Positions 11,201 through 19,614 of a stretch of DNA of 64,000 nucleotides are shown here, in pieces. The notes below the pieces were generated by a model, which was not told where the DNA came from, did no database searches, and saw nothing but the letters and a program-made list of their open reading frames with translations. The translations under genes were made by a program, and so were the position numbers. Positions within the stretch are counted from its first letter, which is position 1; each line of letters begins with the position of its first letter. The stretch lies in contig JAYRRF010000024.1 of NCBI GenBank assembly GCA_041910335.1, positions 18,529 to 82,528 of the forward strand, given 5' to 3'. The stretch comes from Candidatus Moraniibacteriota bacterium (GTDB taxonomy: Bacteria > Patescibacteriota > Minisyncoccia > Moranbacterales > UBA1568).

Positions 11201-11512
11201 GACTTGGCTGGCACCACCTGGGCTACTAGTCGAAGAAATCTTATCGACGGCAGGTATCTCAGCTACAGTATCTTCGAGTGGTCGCGTCACAAGGTCGTAC
11301 ACCTCTTCAGCTGAGGCGCCAGGAAATTCAGTAGTGATAACAAAGGCCGGCGCTACGATTTCTGGATTGTATTGTTTGGGCATGAGAACAAAAGAAATGA
11401 GTCCCCAGAAACCAAGGATAAGAATACTCAAGAAAGATATTTCTCGATTGGTGAGAAAAAAATGAGTCAGTTTGCCAGCAATGCCAAGAGAGGATTTGGG
11501 AAGAGTAGACAT
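8255..11512 (-). CDS. RND efflux permease (AcrB/AcrD/AcrF family)
   Basis: About 1085 aa, 12-TM layout, LLVDDAIVVVEN, VKNA and RLLPIVLT proton-relay motifs. Confidence 0.92.
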   Translation of the reverse strand: MSTLPKSSLGIAGKLTHFFLTNREISFLSILILGFWGLISFVLMPKQYNPEIVAPAFVITTEFPGASAEEVYDLVTRPLEDTVAEIPAVDKISSTSSPGGASQVTVQFLVGSNQEDAKISLNQKILDKSYLKPAGALTPLIQSVNPDDVPVIDIGVRSSELSQSSLRKLAQDIAEKLKRVSGVSTYEIKGGTVNHLQVSLNGEKLKATGISLDEVLRAIQSTNTIYTFDSLSGEDRNPLVSVEGNITNPDDLSRLIVRSQGQSLTRLGDIATITAGPGEITHSVWLHEKDTPREEIVHIALAKHAGINSTTVTDAVEQQLEEIRTSTLPQNTYLDVLNNEGETARAEIFKLTFDLIKSILIVGILLYIFLGFRNSLVASISIPLVLLAVFGLGLMADQTVNRITLFALILSLGLLVDDAIVVVENIARYFRLHPNEPNKIHLIVQAVNEVGGALSLSTLTMALAFLPMAFVTGMMGPYMGPIPFFVPAALLVSLLLSVTINPYLAHLFLAKGDNQNHHDYEQGFFYRLMQKIETRYAQFLSNLLAVHRQRRRFLLGIGFVLLISLILPLTPLVPFRMLPKANKDQFYIYLDLPKGTALSKTTLATQGLEDLLLKQPEVSGVESFIGTSQIIDFNGLFKGSSMRQGTEQATLKVRLTPHEERSITSEAIATETRHALPEYQTLFPDAHVRLMEDPPGPPVKSTYLLKIKGSDTKTLEAIAQDLAIKSQSIPGIVDLKTSVPERGYDYLYHLDREKAQLLGITPHDAVSALKTALSGTSAGLYHQTLHEGITKEEQEFIIVRYDQNSRNEESDLSLILLSAQDGTKVPLSEILTKDNSPASTTILTDGREETVYVSGEMENRSIIYAVLDLFPLLLNYHFPNGEAELHHWSLFGTNYQVPATGEPYSIEIDGEWKLTLEVFRDLGIAMGFAIFLIYFVLAAKAKSLFTPLLIMVSIPLSLIGVLPGFAILYALKGTYFNATSMIGVIALAGLAVKNAVIYLEYLEPLKQKGLPLVQALVEAGRIRLLPIVLTSLAAILGSLTIVSDPVWEGLAWSIILGLTASTLLTLIVFPLVYFVFERKKWDNKK

Positions 11513-11517
11513 AAGCA

Positions 11518-12657
11518 CTATTCGATATGGACGGAAGCATTGTCATGAAGAGAGTGTTGTCCTTCGATAACGACAATGTCATTAGTAGTAAGGCCATCGA
11601 GTACTTCTCGTTGGTTGCCAATACTTTGGCCAAGAGTAACTTTTTGCATGTGAGCATGATTGTCTTTGACTACGTACACATAGGTGTCATCGTAGACCCA
11701 GAGCAATGCCTTTTCCGGTATCAGAATGTGTTCATCAGCAGTAGGTTCTGTCAGAGTGAGGAGAGCCTGAACGTGGTCACCAATATGCACGTGTTGTCTC
11801 GCTTCTTTTCCGAGAGCAATGCGAATGCCCATTTCTTCAGAGCGCTCCCCGAGAGATTCTGCGATAGATATGATATGCGCAGGCACAGCGTCACCAGCCT
11901 CAGTCTCTAGCGTGATAGTGGTGTCTGAAGTAATAGCAGATCGATAGCTGCGAGGAACAGAGACAAATACCTCTAGCTCTTCGGGTGTGGCGAGTGTATA
12001 CAGGGGAGTGCTTGGTGAAACAAGGTTACCAAGGGAAGCTTGTCTTTCTAAGATGACACCACTGAAAGGAGCCCGCACGATAGTGTTGGCGAGCATAGCA
12101 TTAGCTATCAGTGATTGACTTTGAGTAGCAGCTTCACTAGTGAGTGCCTTTGCGATTTCGGCATCACGTAGACGCTTAGCGCTTATGACGCTTTCTTGGG
12201 CGACATCTACATCATGACTTGTGGCATCACCATTGCGCTTGGAAGCCTTCACTTGGTCAAGTGAAGCCTCTGCCTCAGCTACTTTTTGCTTGAAATAGCG
12301 AGCGGCTTCTTCGGTAGCAGCAGAGTTTTGTTCTGAGACCTGGTCGGCACCTGATGCACCTGCACGGAGTTCGCTTGCTTCAAGGACAGCAAGAACTTCT
12401 CCTTTGTGTACGAAGTCACCCTCGAGCTTAGTAAGACGGACTGTGTAGCCAGCGATACGCGGATAGACCACAGTATGGTTTTTACCTCTGGCAAATCCAG
12501 AAAATGCAATCTTTCGAGAGGCATGGGTGTCGGTAAGAGTAACGGTTTTGACTGGCGTTTCAGATGAAACGGTCATAACCCCTTCTTTTGCTTGAGCATA
12601 GTAATACCCAGCGCTTACGACCAAAAAGAAGATGATCCAAAAAATAGATTTTTTCAT
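11518..12657 (-). CDS. RND membrane fusion (adaptor) protein
   Basis: N-terminal TM, lipoyl-like EGDFVHKGEVL and VRAPFSGVI, C-terminal GLTTNDIVVIEG. Confidence 0.9.
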   Translation of the reverse strand: MKKSIFWIIFFLVVSAGYYYAQAKEGVMTVSSETPVKTVTLTDTHASRKIAFSGFARGKNHTVVYPRIAGYTVRLTKLEGDFVHKGEVLAVLEASELRAGASGADQVSEQNSAATEEAARYFKQKVAEAEASLDQVKASKRNGDATSHDVDVAQESVISAKRLRDAEIAKALTSEAATQSQSLIANAMLANTIVRAPFSGVILERQASLGNLVSPSTPLYTLATPEELEVFVSVPRSYRSAITSDTTITLETEAGDAVPAHIISIAESLGERSEEMGIRIALGKEARQHVHIGDHVQALLTLTEPTADEHILIPEKALLWVYDDTYVYVVKDNHAHMQKVTLGQSIGNQREVLDGLTTNDIVVIEGQHSLHDNASVHIE

Positions 12658-12668
12658 AGAAAATTTTC

Positions 12669-13733
12669 TTAACGATTATGATTTCTCCCCATGCCATTAC
12701 CAGTTTCTTGAGGGGTGTTAAGGATGGCGGTTAGTTCTTCAGCACTTATGTACTGTGCTGCGTATGTCGTACCAGTTTTTTGTTCAAGCTGACGATTGAA
12801 AGCACGGAGATGGTTGCGTGATCCGCGAGTAAGGTTTTCGTACACATTTTGGATATCAGTTTTCTGAGTGCGTCCTAGAGCAGTGTTGATATCACGAATA
12901 TCTAGATCTTCAATAGTAGCACCCACGAGAAGAGCTTGTTCAAGAGATAGTACACCTTGTTTTGTGAGACTTATGTACAGTGCTTGGAGTTCTTGATTCT
13001 GAAAAGTCCCCGGAGTATCTGTAGCGACCGGATCTGGCAGACCGTACTTTTCGAGAAGTGCACCAACGGTGGCCATGTGAGTAGTTTCACTTTGGGAAAT
13101 ATTTTGAAAAATAGGAAGCTTCCACTGGTTGTACAGAGCTCTATACACATCTCTTGCGAGCTTTTCTTCTTCGCGGGTGAAGATAAGATCAGCCTTCTCT
13201 TCTGAAGAAAGGGTATCAGACGTCATAGCTGGTCCGCTTACAATATCAGCAGGAACGAGCATATCAGACTCATTTACGATGTATGTAGATGGATGTAGCC
13301 ACAGAAACCAGGCGAGTCCAGCGATAAAAGCTATTCCTAGCAGAAAGAAGGCAATAGTTTTTTTTGATACGTAAGGAAGAGCCATAGAGTAATGATTATT
13401 AGGAGAAGAAAGTTCACGAAGAGAATCTTGCATTGCTTGCCAGGCGATGAGACCACCAGAGACGTTGATGAGCTCACCGTTGACCCCAAGAGCATGAAGA
13501 GTCTCGATGGCCTTTTCAGAGCGTCTACCGCTCCGGCAATGGACATAGATAGTCTTTTTGTTGCGTAGCTCATCGACATGACCGAAGAGTGCATCGAGGG
13601 GTACATTGCGGACACCAGCAATATGGTGTTCCGCATATTCTTCGGGAGTACAGACATTGATGAAGTCGACCTCGGGAGAGGTGTTACCTTCGTGGAGTGC
13701 CTTCTGGAATTCTTCGACAGTGATGTGTTTCAT
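12669..13733 (-). CDS. Rhodanese + TM + DUF2202 (ferritin-like) fusion protein
   Basis: Rhodanese active-site loop VHCRSGRRS; REEEKLARDVY...SETTH...EDLDIRD...GSRNHLRAF. Confidence 0.85.
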   Translation of the reverse strand: MKHITVEEFQKALHEGNTSPEVDFINVCTPEEYAEHHIAGVRNVPLDALFGHVDELRNKKTIYVHCRSGRRSEKAIETLHALGVNGELINVSGGLIAWQAMQDSLRELSSPNNHYSMALPYVSKKTIAFFLLGIAFIAGLAWFLWLHPSTYIVNESDMLVPADIVSGPAMTSDTLSSEEKADLIFTREEEKLARDVYRALYNQWKLPIFQNISQSETTHMATVGALLEKYGLPDPVATDTPGTFQNQELQALYISLTKQGVLSLEQALLVGATIEDLDIRDINTALGRTQKTDIQNVYENLTRGSRNHLRAFNRQLEQKTGTTYAAQYISAEELTAILNTPQETGNGMGRNHNR

Positions 13734-13744
13734 AGGGGAGAGTC

Positions 13745-13999
13745 CTAACCCTTGATGAGAGCGATGAGTTTACTGAACATCTCTTTCTCTTTGCTCGTAG
13801 TAGGTGAAGCAAAATGACGTAAGAGAAATGATTCAGTGAATTTTTGACGGAGCCCCGCAAAAGAACGTGAGGCAGAGAGAAGGGTCTCGCTCGCACGAAT
13901 ACAATTAGGTTCAGGGAGGAGGAGTTCCTTTTTGACAGCGAGAAGCTGGCCCTCGAGACGGCTAATATGGTCGATGATTGCTTTTTGTTCTTTGGTCAT
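13745..13999 (-). CDS. CsoR/RcnR-family transcriptional repressor
   Basis: 84 aa, ISRLEGQL motif followed by Cys; first gene of the operon; matching operator upstream. Confidence 0.8.
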   Translation of the reverse strand: MTKEQKAIIDHISRLEGQLLAVKKELLLPEPNCIRASETLLSASRSFAGLRQKFTESFLLRHFASPTTSKEKEMFSKLIALIKG

Positions 14000-14028
14000 A
14001 GGTGCTTGGTTATTTGGCTACTCTTCTT

Positions 14029-14057
14029 GTATACCATAGGGGGTATACTATAGTCAA
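14029..14057 (-). promoter_or_regulatory. CsoR-family operator overlapping a sigma70 promoter
   Basis: GTATACC-ATAGGG-GGTATAC inverted repeat with G-tract (14029-14048); minus strand TTGACT-N18-TATACA with TG extension. Confidence 0.8.
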
Positions 14058-14112
14058 GAGGAGAGGTAAAAAGGGTATATACTAAAAAGGTAAACAAATA
14101 GTATACAAATCT

Positions 14113-14292
14113 ATGCATCAAGAAGACGAAATGAGTGAAGGCTACCCAGAGCAAGACCATCCAGAGCCTGGCGTTGTCTCAGTCAATGATGAGAGCTTTT
14201 CGGAAGGCGAGCTCCATATTCGCTACGAAGAGAAGCAGGCCGATATGGGTATTGATGAAGAGCGTCTTGCTGAGGAGTTCAGTGAACTTTAG
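14113..14292 (+). CDS. Small acidic hypothetical protein (59 aa, below the ORF-track cutoff)
   Basis: MHQEDEMSEGYPEQDHPEPG...AEEFSEL*; ends 4 nt before the TspO start. Confidence 0.55.
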   Translation: MHQEDEMSEGYPEQDHPEPGVVSVNDESFSEGELHIRYEEKQADMGIDEERLAEEFSEL

Positions 14293-14296
14293 AGCT

Positions 14297-14698
14297 ATGG
14301 ATACAAAAATGTGGTACATGCAGTTAGTCAAACCCGCCTGGGCACCGCCGAGCTATCTTTTCGGTCCCGTCTGGACGATTCTCTATGCTGTCATTGTTGT
14401 GACGTATGGGACTGTTCTCTACAAAGTCATCAAAGGAGAATGGCCGGCAGTTATCTTGATACCATTTGGACTCAACCTATTTTTCAACCTTATTTTTTCA
14501 CCCATACAGTTCGGCCTTCAGAATAACGTGCTTGCAAGTATCGATATTCTTCTGGTGCTCATGACTCTCATCTGGATGATTGTCACTATCTTTCCATACG
14601 CAAGATGGATTGCCTTTGCCAATGTTCCGTATCTTCTTTGGGTCGCTTTTGCTACTGTGCTTCAGTTAACGATTACGTATCTTAATTGGGGAAAGTAA
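14297..14698 (+). CDS. tspO: TspO/MBR family tryptophan-rich sensory protein
   Basis: WYMQLVKPAWAPPSYLFGPVWTILY...PYLLWVAFATVL. Confidence 0.9.
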   Translation: MDTKMWYMQLVKPAWAPPSYLFGPVWTILYAVIVVTYGTVLYKVIKGEWPAVILIPFGLNLFFNLIFSPIQFGLQNNVLASIDILLVLMTLIWMIVTIFPYARWIAFANVPYLLWVAFATVLQLTITYLNWGK

Positions 14699-14756
14699 GT
14701 TGTATTTTTTCCAGGGGTTGCTATCATAGAGACATCTAAAATTTTTTATAAAAGTT

Positions 14757-17700
14757 ATGCAAAAGACTTTTGTTGGGGCAGTAGTTGTCTTGATGGGAGT
14801 CTTTTGTCTTTTTTCTTCGGCGGAGGCAGCAACGATTGTGAACGGAGCTCTGCCGGCAAGTACTACTTGGACAAAAGCGGGGAGTCCATACATAGCTACT
14901 GGTGTGACGGTGCCAGCTGGCATGATGCTTACTATTGAGCCAGGAGTTATCGTGAAGTTAAGAGGAACACAAGCTCTTTATTCAGCTGGTACTCTCAATA
15001 TAGGCGGGGATGGTGAGCCTGTGATCATCACGACTCAGAAAGATGATAGTTATGGTGGCGATACCAATAATGACGGATCAGCTACAGCGCCCTCTAAGTC
15101 AGACTGGTGTTATATTGGAGTACATACCAATGCTACTCTGATAGTCAAGAATACTCACATCTACTATGGAGGTTGCACTCCTACCTATGGTCAGTTGTAC
15201 AACTTCGGAGGAGTAATGGTGGTAGAGAATTCGCTTCTTACCAAGAGTGGACAGTTCGGTCTTTTAGCTGCCAGCGGTAACACCACTTTCCGCAACAACG
15301 AAGTGACGGGCAATGTTATCGGAGTGCGCTATCATAGTGGTACTCTGACTATGGAGGGAAATAGCATCCATGACAATCTCGAGTATGGTATGACCAATAC
15401 GTCGCTCGCTCATACAGTAGTAGACGCGCGCAATACCTGGTGGGGTGACACGACCGGACCACTCCATGTCACCACCAATCCGAATGGTCTCGGTAACAAG
15501 GTGTCGGACTATATTCTCTACACGCCCTGGAAAGACTGCTTCAATAACTGTGTATCGAATGTGATGTTTTTACCAGGCATCATGGGGACGAGACTGTACG
15601 GCACCGGTGACGAAGAGCTCTGGGTCTCGAGTAGTGATAGTAAGCAGGAGCGGATGGAGATGAACTCAGACGGTATCAGCAAACATGATATCTATACCAA
15701 GGATGACACGATGAGGGGGAACGAAATAGATGAGACAGGTATCGTTGATGATATCTATGGAGCTAACTTGTACCAGTCATTTCTTAATGACTTGCGTGAC
15801 TGGAAGACAGAAGGGGTGTATAGCGACTATGCTTTTATTCCCTATGACTGGCGTTTATCACTTGATGATATCGTCATGAATGGTCGAGTAGATGTATCAG
15901 GTAATCTCCGCTATACAGAGAACAATACAGACTTGACCCAGAGTTATCTTTACCAGAAGGCCAAAGCCTTACAGCTAAGCTCCAAGTCAGGTAAGATCAC
16001 TCTCATTGGACATTCCAATGGAGGGCTCGTCATCAAGGCCTTCGTCCAGAAATTGAAAGATGTGAATGATCCACTCTACCACACTATCGATAAAATCATC
16101 CTCGTCGGTGTACCGCAGACCGGGACACCTGACAGTATCGTGAGTATGCTCTACGGATCCAAGATCGGTATTGCTTGGCTCGGAGTCTCTGATAGACGCA
16201 CTCGCTCCCTCATCCATGATATGCCGACGATGTACAATCTTCTTCCGAGCGAGAGACTGTTTGATACTATCAACCCACCCATTGAATTCGTTGGAAGCAA
16301 TATCGACCCGAGTTGGACGAGTCGCTATGGTGAAAAAATTAATACCTATGGAGAGCTCCAAGATTTCCTCGGAGGCAGTGAAGGGAGAAGTCGACCAGAG
16401 TTTGCGGATACCTATGCACCAGAGGTGCTCAACCATAACATGCTCAGTCAAGCAGAGGGAGTTCATCAAGTGCTTGATAATTGGACGCCAGCTCCAGAAA
16501 CAGAAGTAGTGCAGATAGCTGGCTGGGGAATGTACACTGTGGCAGGGCTAAAAGTGACTGATGATAAGAAGTGTATCTTCAATAGCAACCAACTCATCGG
16601 CGGCAGACCGGTCTGTGTAGAGATCAGAGGAAGTGTCACAGTTGAGGATAAAATGACGCTCAATGGTGATGCAACAGTGCTCGTACAGAGCGCACATAAT
16701 ATTCCGGAGAGCGGGAATGTGAAGAAGTATTGGATTGATTTAGGTCGTTATAATACCAGAGCTTTCGTGCAGCGATTTATACCAGACACAAAACATAAAG
16801 ACGTTCTTGAAATGAATTCTATCCGTCCTTTCATAAAATCTCTCATTAATAAAAGTATCAGTACAGATTTTGACTATATTAGTTCTTTTGAGCCAGAACC
16901 CATTAATGATCCATACATTAAATATGACATCCACTCACCATTACATCTGACCGTCACTGATGCTAATGGACGAGTGGTCGGCTGGGACGCATCAAGCGGT
17001 GAGATAGTCGAGCACGTCAAGGGGGCGCAGTACTTCGAGATAGGAGAGAATAAGACTGTATTGATACCGAAAGCCACTCTGCACACTGTCCGACTCACTG
17101 CCTATGAAGAGGGGTCATTCACGCTCGGAGTGAGTGAGCTTTCTGGTGAGAGTGTCACGAGTGAGACGAAGTTCACCGCTATCCCGACTCTCGCTCACTC
17201 AGTAGTAGAGGTGACTCCAGCGACAGAGACAGTACCTCTCGGTATGCAGGTAGACTTCGATGCCGATGGTACAGTAGAGACGACGCTCGAGGCAGTGCCA
17301 GGAGAAGTGACAGAGTACGAAAATCCAGTCCCTCTTGATACGACGCCACCAGAGACGACACTCAGTCTTGATGGACCTGTAGGGATGAATGGTTGGTATA
17401 GAGGCGATGTACGCATCACTCTTACGACGGAAGAAGGTGCTACGACAGAATATTCACTTGATGGTGGTAGCTGGCAGACATATACTGAGCCGTTCACGGT
17501 TACTCGAGAGGGGATTACAGAGCTTCATTACCGCTCTATCGATGTGGCGAGGAATATAGAAGAGACTCAGTCAAGTGAGATCAAGATAGACATACTGCCA
17601 CCAGAGGCCAAGATAGGTTTCGATGTAGCCACTGGTACACTCAAGGTGGTTGGTCTACAGGAAGGTATTCAGGTGGAGTCTACTAGCATGACGTATCTTT

Positions 17701-18089
17701 TGACTGACCAGGCGGGCAATACTACAAGACTGATGTTCGGTAAGATCAAAGAAAAAGAAAAGAAAGAACAAGGGGAGTATATATTGCGAGCGCTCCAGTA
17801 TGACCAAGAGCCGGTGATCAACCTCAAAGATACGAACCTCAAGTATTTCTACAAAGGGGAGAAAAAGCGAGATGATGCTAAGGCATTCACTTCATCTCTA
17901 CGAACTCATACTCAGAGGCTTATCGCACACTATGTGAAGAAACGCAACCAGACATATATCATGGACAAAACAGAGAGTGAAGATGATGACCCGGAGACAT
18001 GCGAAAAGCGAAAGATAAAGAAGGTTTTATCAGGCCTCGTGGTACCATATATGGAGACAGAGAAGGGGAAAATAAATATTAAATATTAA
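14757..18089 (+). CDS. Large secreted protein: beta-helix + LCAT/PGAP1-like alpha/beta hydrolase + Ig-like repeat
   Basis: Signal peptide; parallel beta-helix repeats; FLPGIMGTRL, PYDWRL, GHSNGG, GDATV; DTTPPETT...YRSIDVARNIE. Confidence 0.8.
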   Translation: MQKTFVGAVVVLMGVFCLFSSAEAATIVNGALPASTTWTKAGSPYIATGVTVPAGMMLTIEPGVIVKLRGTQALYSAGTLNIGGDGEPVIITTQKDDSYGGDTNNDGSATAPSKSDWCYIGVHTNATLIVKNTHIYYGGCTPTYGQLYNFGGVMVVENSLLTKSGQFGLLAASGNTTFRNNEVTGNVIGVRYHSGTLTMEGNSIHDNLEYGMTNTSLAHTVVDARNTWWGDTTGPLHVTTNPNGLGNKVSDYILYTPWKDCFNNCVSNVMFLPGIMGTRLYGTGDEELWVSSSDSKQERMEMNSDGISKHDIYTKDDTMRGNEIDETGIVDDIYGANLYQSFLNDLRDWKTEGVYSDYAFIPYDWRLSLDDIVMNGRVDVSGNLRYTENNTDLTQSYLYQKAKALQLSSKSGKITLIGHSNGGLVIKAFVQKLKDVNDPLYHTIDKIILVGVPQTGTPDSIVSMLYGSKIGIAWLGVSDRRTRSLIHDMPTMYNLLPSERLFDTINPPIEFVGSNIDPSWTSRYGEKINTYGELQDFLGGSEGRSRPEFADTYAPEVLNHNMLSQAEGVHQVLDNWTPAPETEVVQIAGWGMYTVAGLKVTDDKKCIFNSNQLIGGRPVCVEIRGSVTVEDKMTLNGDATVLVQSAHNIPESGNVKKYWIDLGRYNTRAFVQRFIPDTKHKDVLEMNSIRPFIKSLINKSISTDFDYISSFEPEPINDPYIKYDIHSPLHLTVTDANGRVVGWDASSGEIVEHVKGAQYFEIGENKTVLIPKATLHTVRLTAYEEGSFTLGVSELSGESVTSETKFTAIPTLAHSVVEVTPATETVPLGMQVDFDADGTVETTLEAVPGEVTEYENPVPLDTTPPETTLSLDGPVGMNGWYRGDVRITLTTEEGATTEYSLDGGSWQTYTEPFTVTREGITELHYRSIDVARNIEETQSSEIKIDILPPEAKIGFDVATGTLKVVGLQEGIQVESTSMTYLLTDQAGNTTRLMFGKIKEKEKKEQGEYILRALQYDQEPVINLKDTNLKYFYKGEKKRDDAKAFTSSLRTHTQRLIAHYVKKRNQTYIMDKTESEDDDPETCEKRKIKKVLSGLVVPYMETEKGKINIKY

Positions 18090-18095
18090 AATTGT

Positions 18096-18503
18096 ATGAC
18101 AAGAAAATCATCTTTACGTGGGAGTGTTTTGTTGACTGTTATTTTTGTAGCACTCCTTTTTTTAGAGGAGTCAGTAAAATCAAATTTTTGTGGATCACGC
18201 GACTTGTCTTGTTGGAGAAATTACAACTTAATATTAACAATATTATTACTAAGTCCTACTCTTCTCATCTCTTCCCTTGCATCACTAAAAGCCTCAGATG
18301 AAGCGTTCAGCAAATGGAAGAGTATGACACTGTACTTCATCCCAGCCTATCTCCTCATTGTTATTCTGACTCCGTGGGATATGGGCAATGCTATGGCGGG
18401 ACCAAGTCTTTCCAAGGGTATGGTCGCTTTGGCACTGTGTGTCATCTATCTTGTTTTCTCGGTATTCTACCTTCTCACCAAATCCAGCAGAAAAATCTCT
18501 TAG
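18096..18503 (+). CDS. Small multi-pass membrane protein
   Basis: About 4 hydrophobic segments; starts 6 nt after the lipase stop. Confidence 0.7.
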   Translation: MTRKSSLRGSVLLTVIFVALLFLEESVKSNFCGSRDLSCWRNYNLILTILLLSPTLLISSLASLKASDEAFSKWKSMTLYFIPAYLLIVILTPWDMGNAMAGPSLSKGMVALALCVIYLVFSVFYLLTKSSRKIS

Positions 18504-18635
18504 CTTCTTAATAACAAAAAACAGTCCTTCTTTCGAGGGTTGTTTTTTTATCTTGATAACGCTATACTGATCAGTTCCTTAATAACTGCATAAAATCAGA
18601 TTGATTGAGAGAAATCCAGCAAAAGGACCGAAATC

Positions 18636-19397
18636 ATGGAACAGACACCAATTGAGGAAGCTGGCTCACCTCAAGCGGTGAGACCATGGACAGTAATGGG
18701 AATTCAGAAGTTAGTCGCCACATATTTCGGGGTAGAAGTCCTCGATCTCAAATCAAAGGCTCGAAGGAGAGCCGTCTCTCATCCCAGGCAGGTAGCTGTC
18801 TATCTCATCAAAAAGTTCTTTGGTGAGCGCTATAGCTATCCATGGATCGGGGGTAGGTTTGGCGGACGGGACCACTCGACGATGATTCATGCTTACCGAT
18901 GCATTGAAGAAGGGATCGGCAAGAATCCCACTTTGCATCATGACGTCATGACTTTGTGGCACCGCATCACTTTGCAAGGTCCGCCACAAGATGGTGTGGA
19001 TTTCGTGATAGAGCCGAAGGTCAGGCAAGAAAAGAGAGAACCTGATTTTCCTCAAGTAGTGGCAGTGAAAGTACCTGAATTACCAAGGCCAAAGCCCGTC
19101 TTGGCAAGCGCGGAGGTTCGCAGGGTAGTAGCTGATCACTACAGCGTAGAGATACGCTATCTTGAGGACATTCATGATGACGAATACTATCGGTTTTGTC
19201 GAGAAGTGCTGATATTCTTGCTCCAGTACCTCGAGCGACAAGGAGTTGTCATCGGGCATGACCAGTTCTGTGGCACAGAAGAAGAAAGGAGAAAGACCTA
19301 CCGGTACATCCACGGAGTATCGAGAGGAGACAGAGAAATTCGATCCGATATTGAAAGTATCTTGGCGACGCTGGACAAGCTCTCCATCATCCCATGA
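18636..19397 (+). CDS. Protein with DnaA domain IV (HTH) only, plus a degenerate second copy; no AAA+ domain
   Basis: LVATYFGV..LDLKSKARRRAVSHPRQVAVYL...IGGRFGGRDHSTMIHA; second copy VRRVVADHYSV. Confidence 0.8.
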   Translation: MEQTPIEEAGSPQAVRPWTVMGIQKLVATYFGVEVLDLKSKARRRAVSHPRQVAVYLIKKFFGERYSYPWIGGRFGGRDHSTMIHAYRCIEEGIGKNPTLHHDVMTLWHRITLQGPPQDGVDFVIEPKVRQEKREPDFPQVVAVKVPELPRPKPVLASAEVRRVVADHYSVEIRYLEDIHDDEYYRFCREVLIFLLQYLERQGVVIGHDQFCGTEEERRKTYRYIHGVSRGDREIRSDIESILATLDKLSIIP

Positions 19398-19614
19398 TAT
19401 TTCAGGTGCTTCAGTGAAGCGATGGCAGCCCACCTCAAGAGGCTGCCTTTTTGTTTCCCAAAATCAGAGTTTTCTACTTGGAGATCGAATCTCCAAGTAG
19501 AAGTGAAGAGATGGCTGGAGATTGACGGGAGAAGGATTTTGCTTTAGGGTGAAGGCAAGAAGGAGGAGGGTGACACCCTCCTTTGCTGTTTAACAAAAGA
19601 AAGGACGCCTTGTC

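Noticed and set aside
14135-14296. N-terminal extension of TspO in the ORF track
   Set aside because: TspO similarity starts at 14297; the upstream DNA is better explained by the 59-aa ORF 14113-14292
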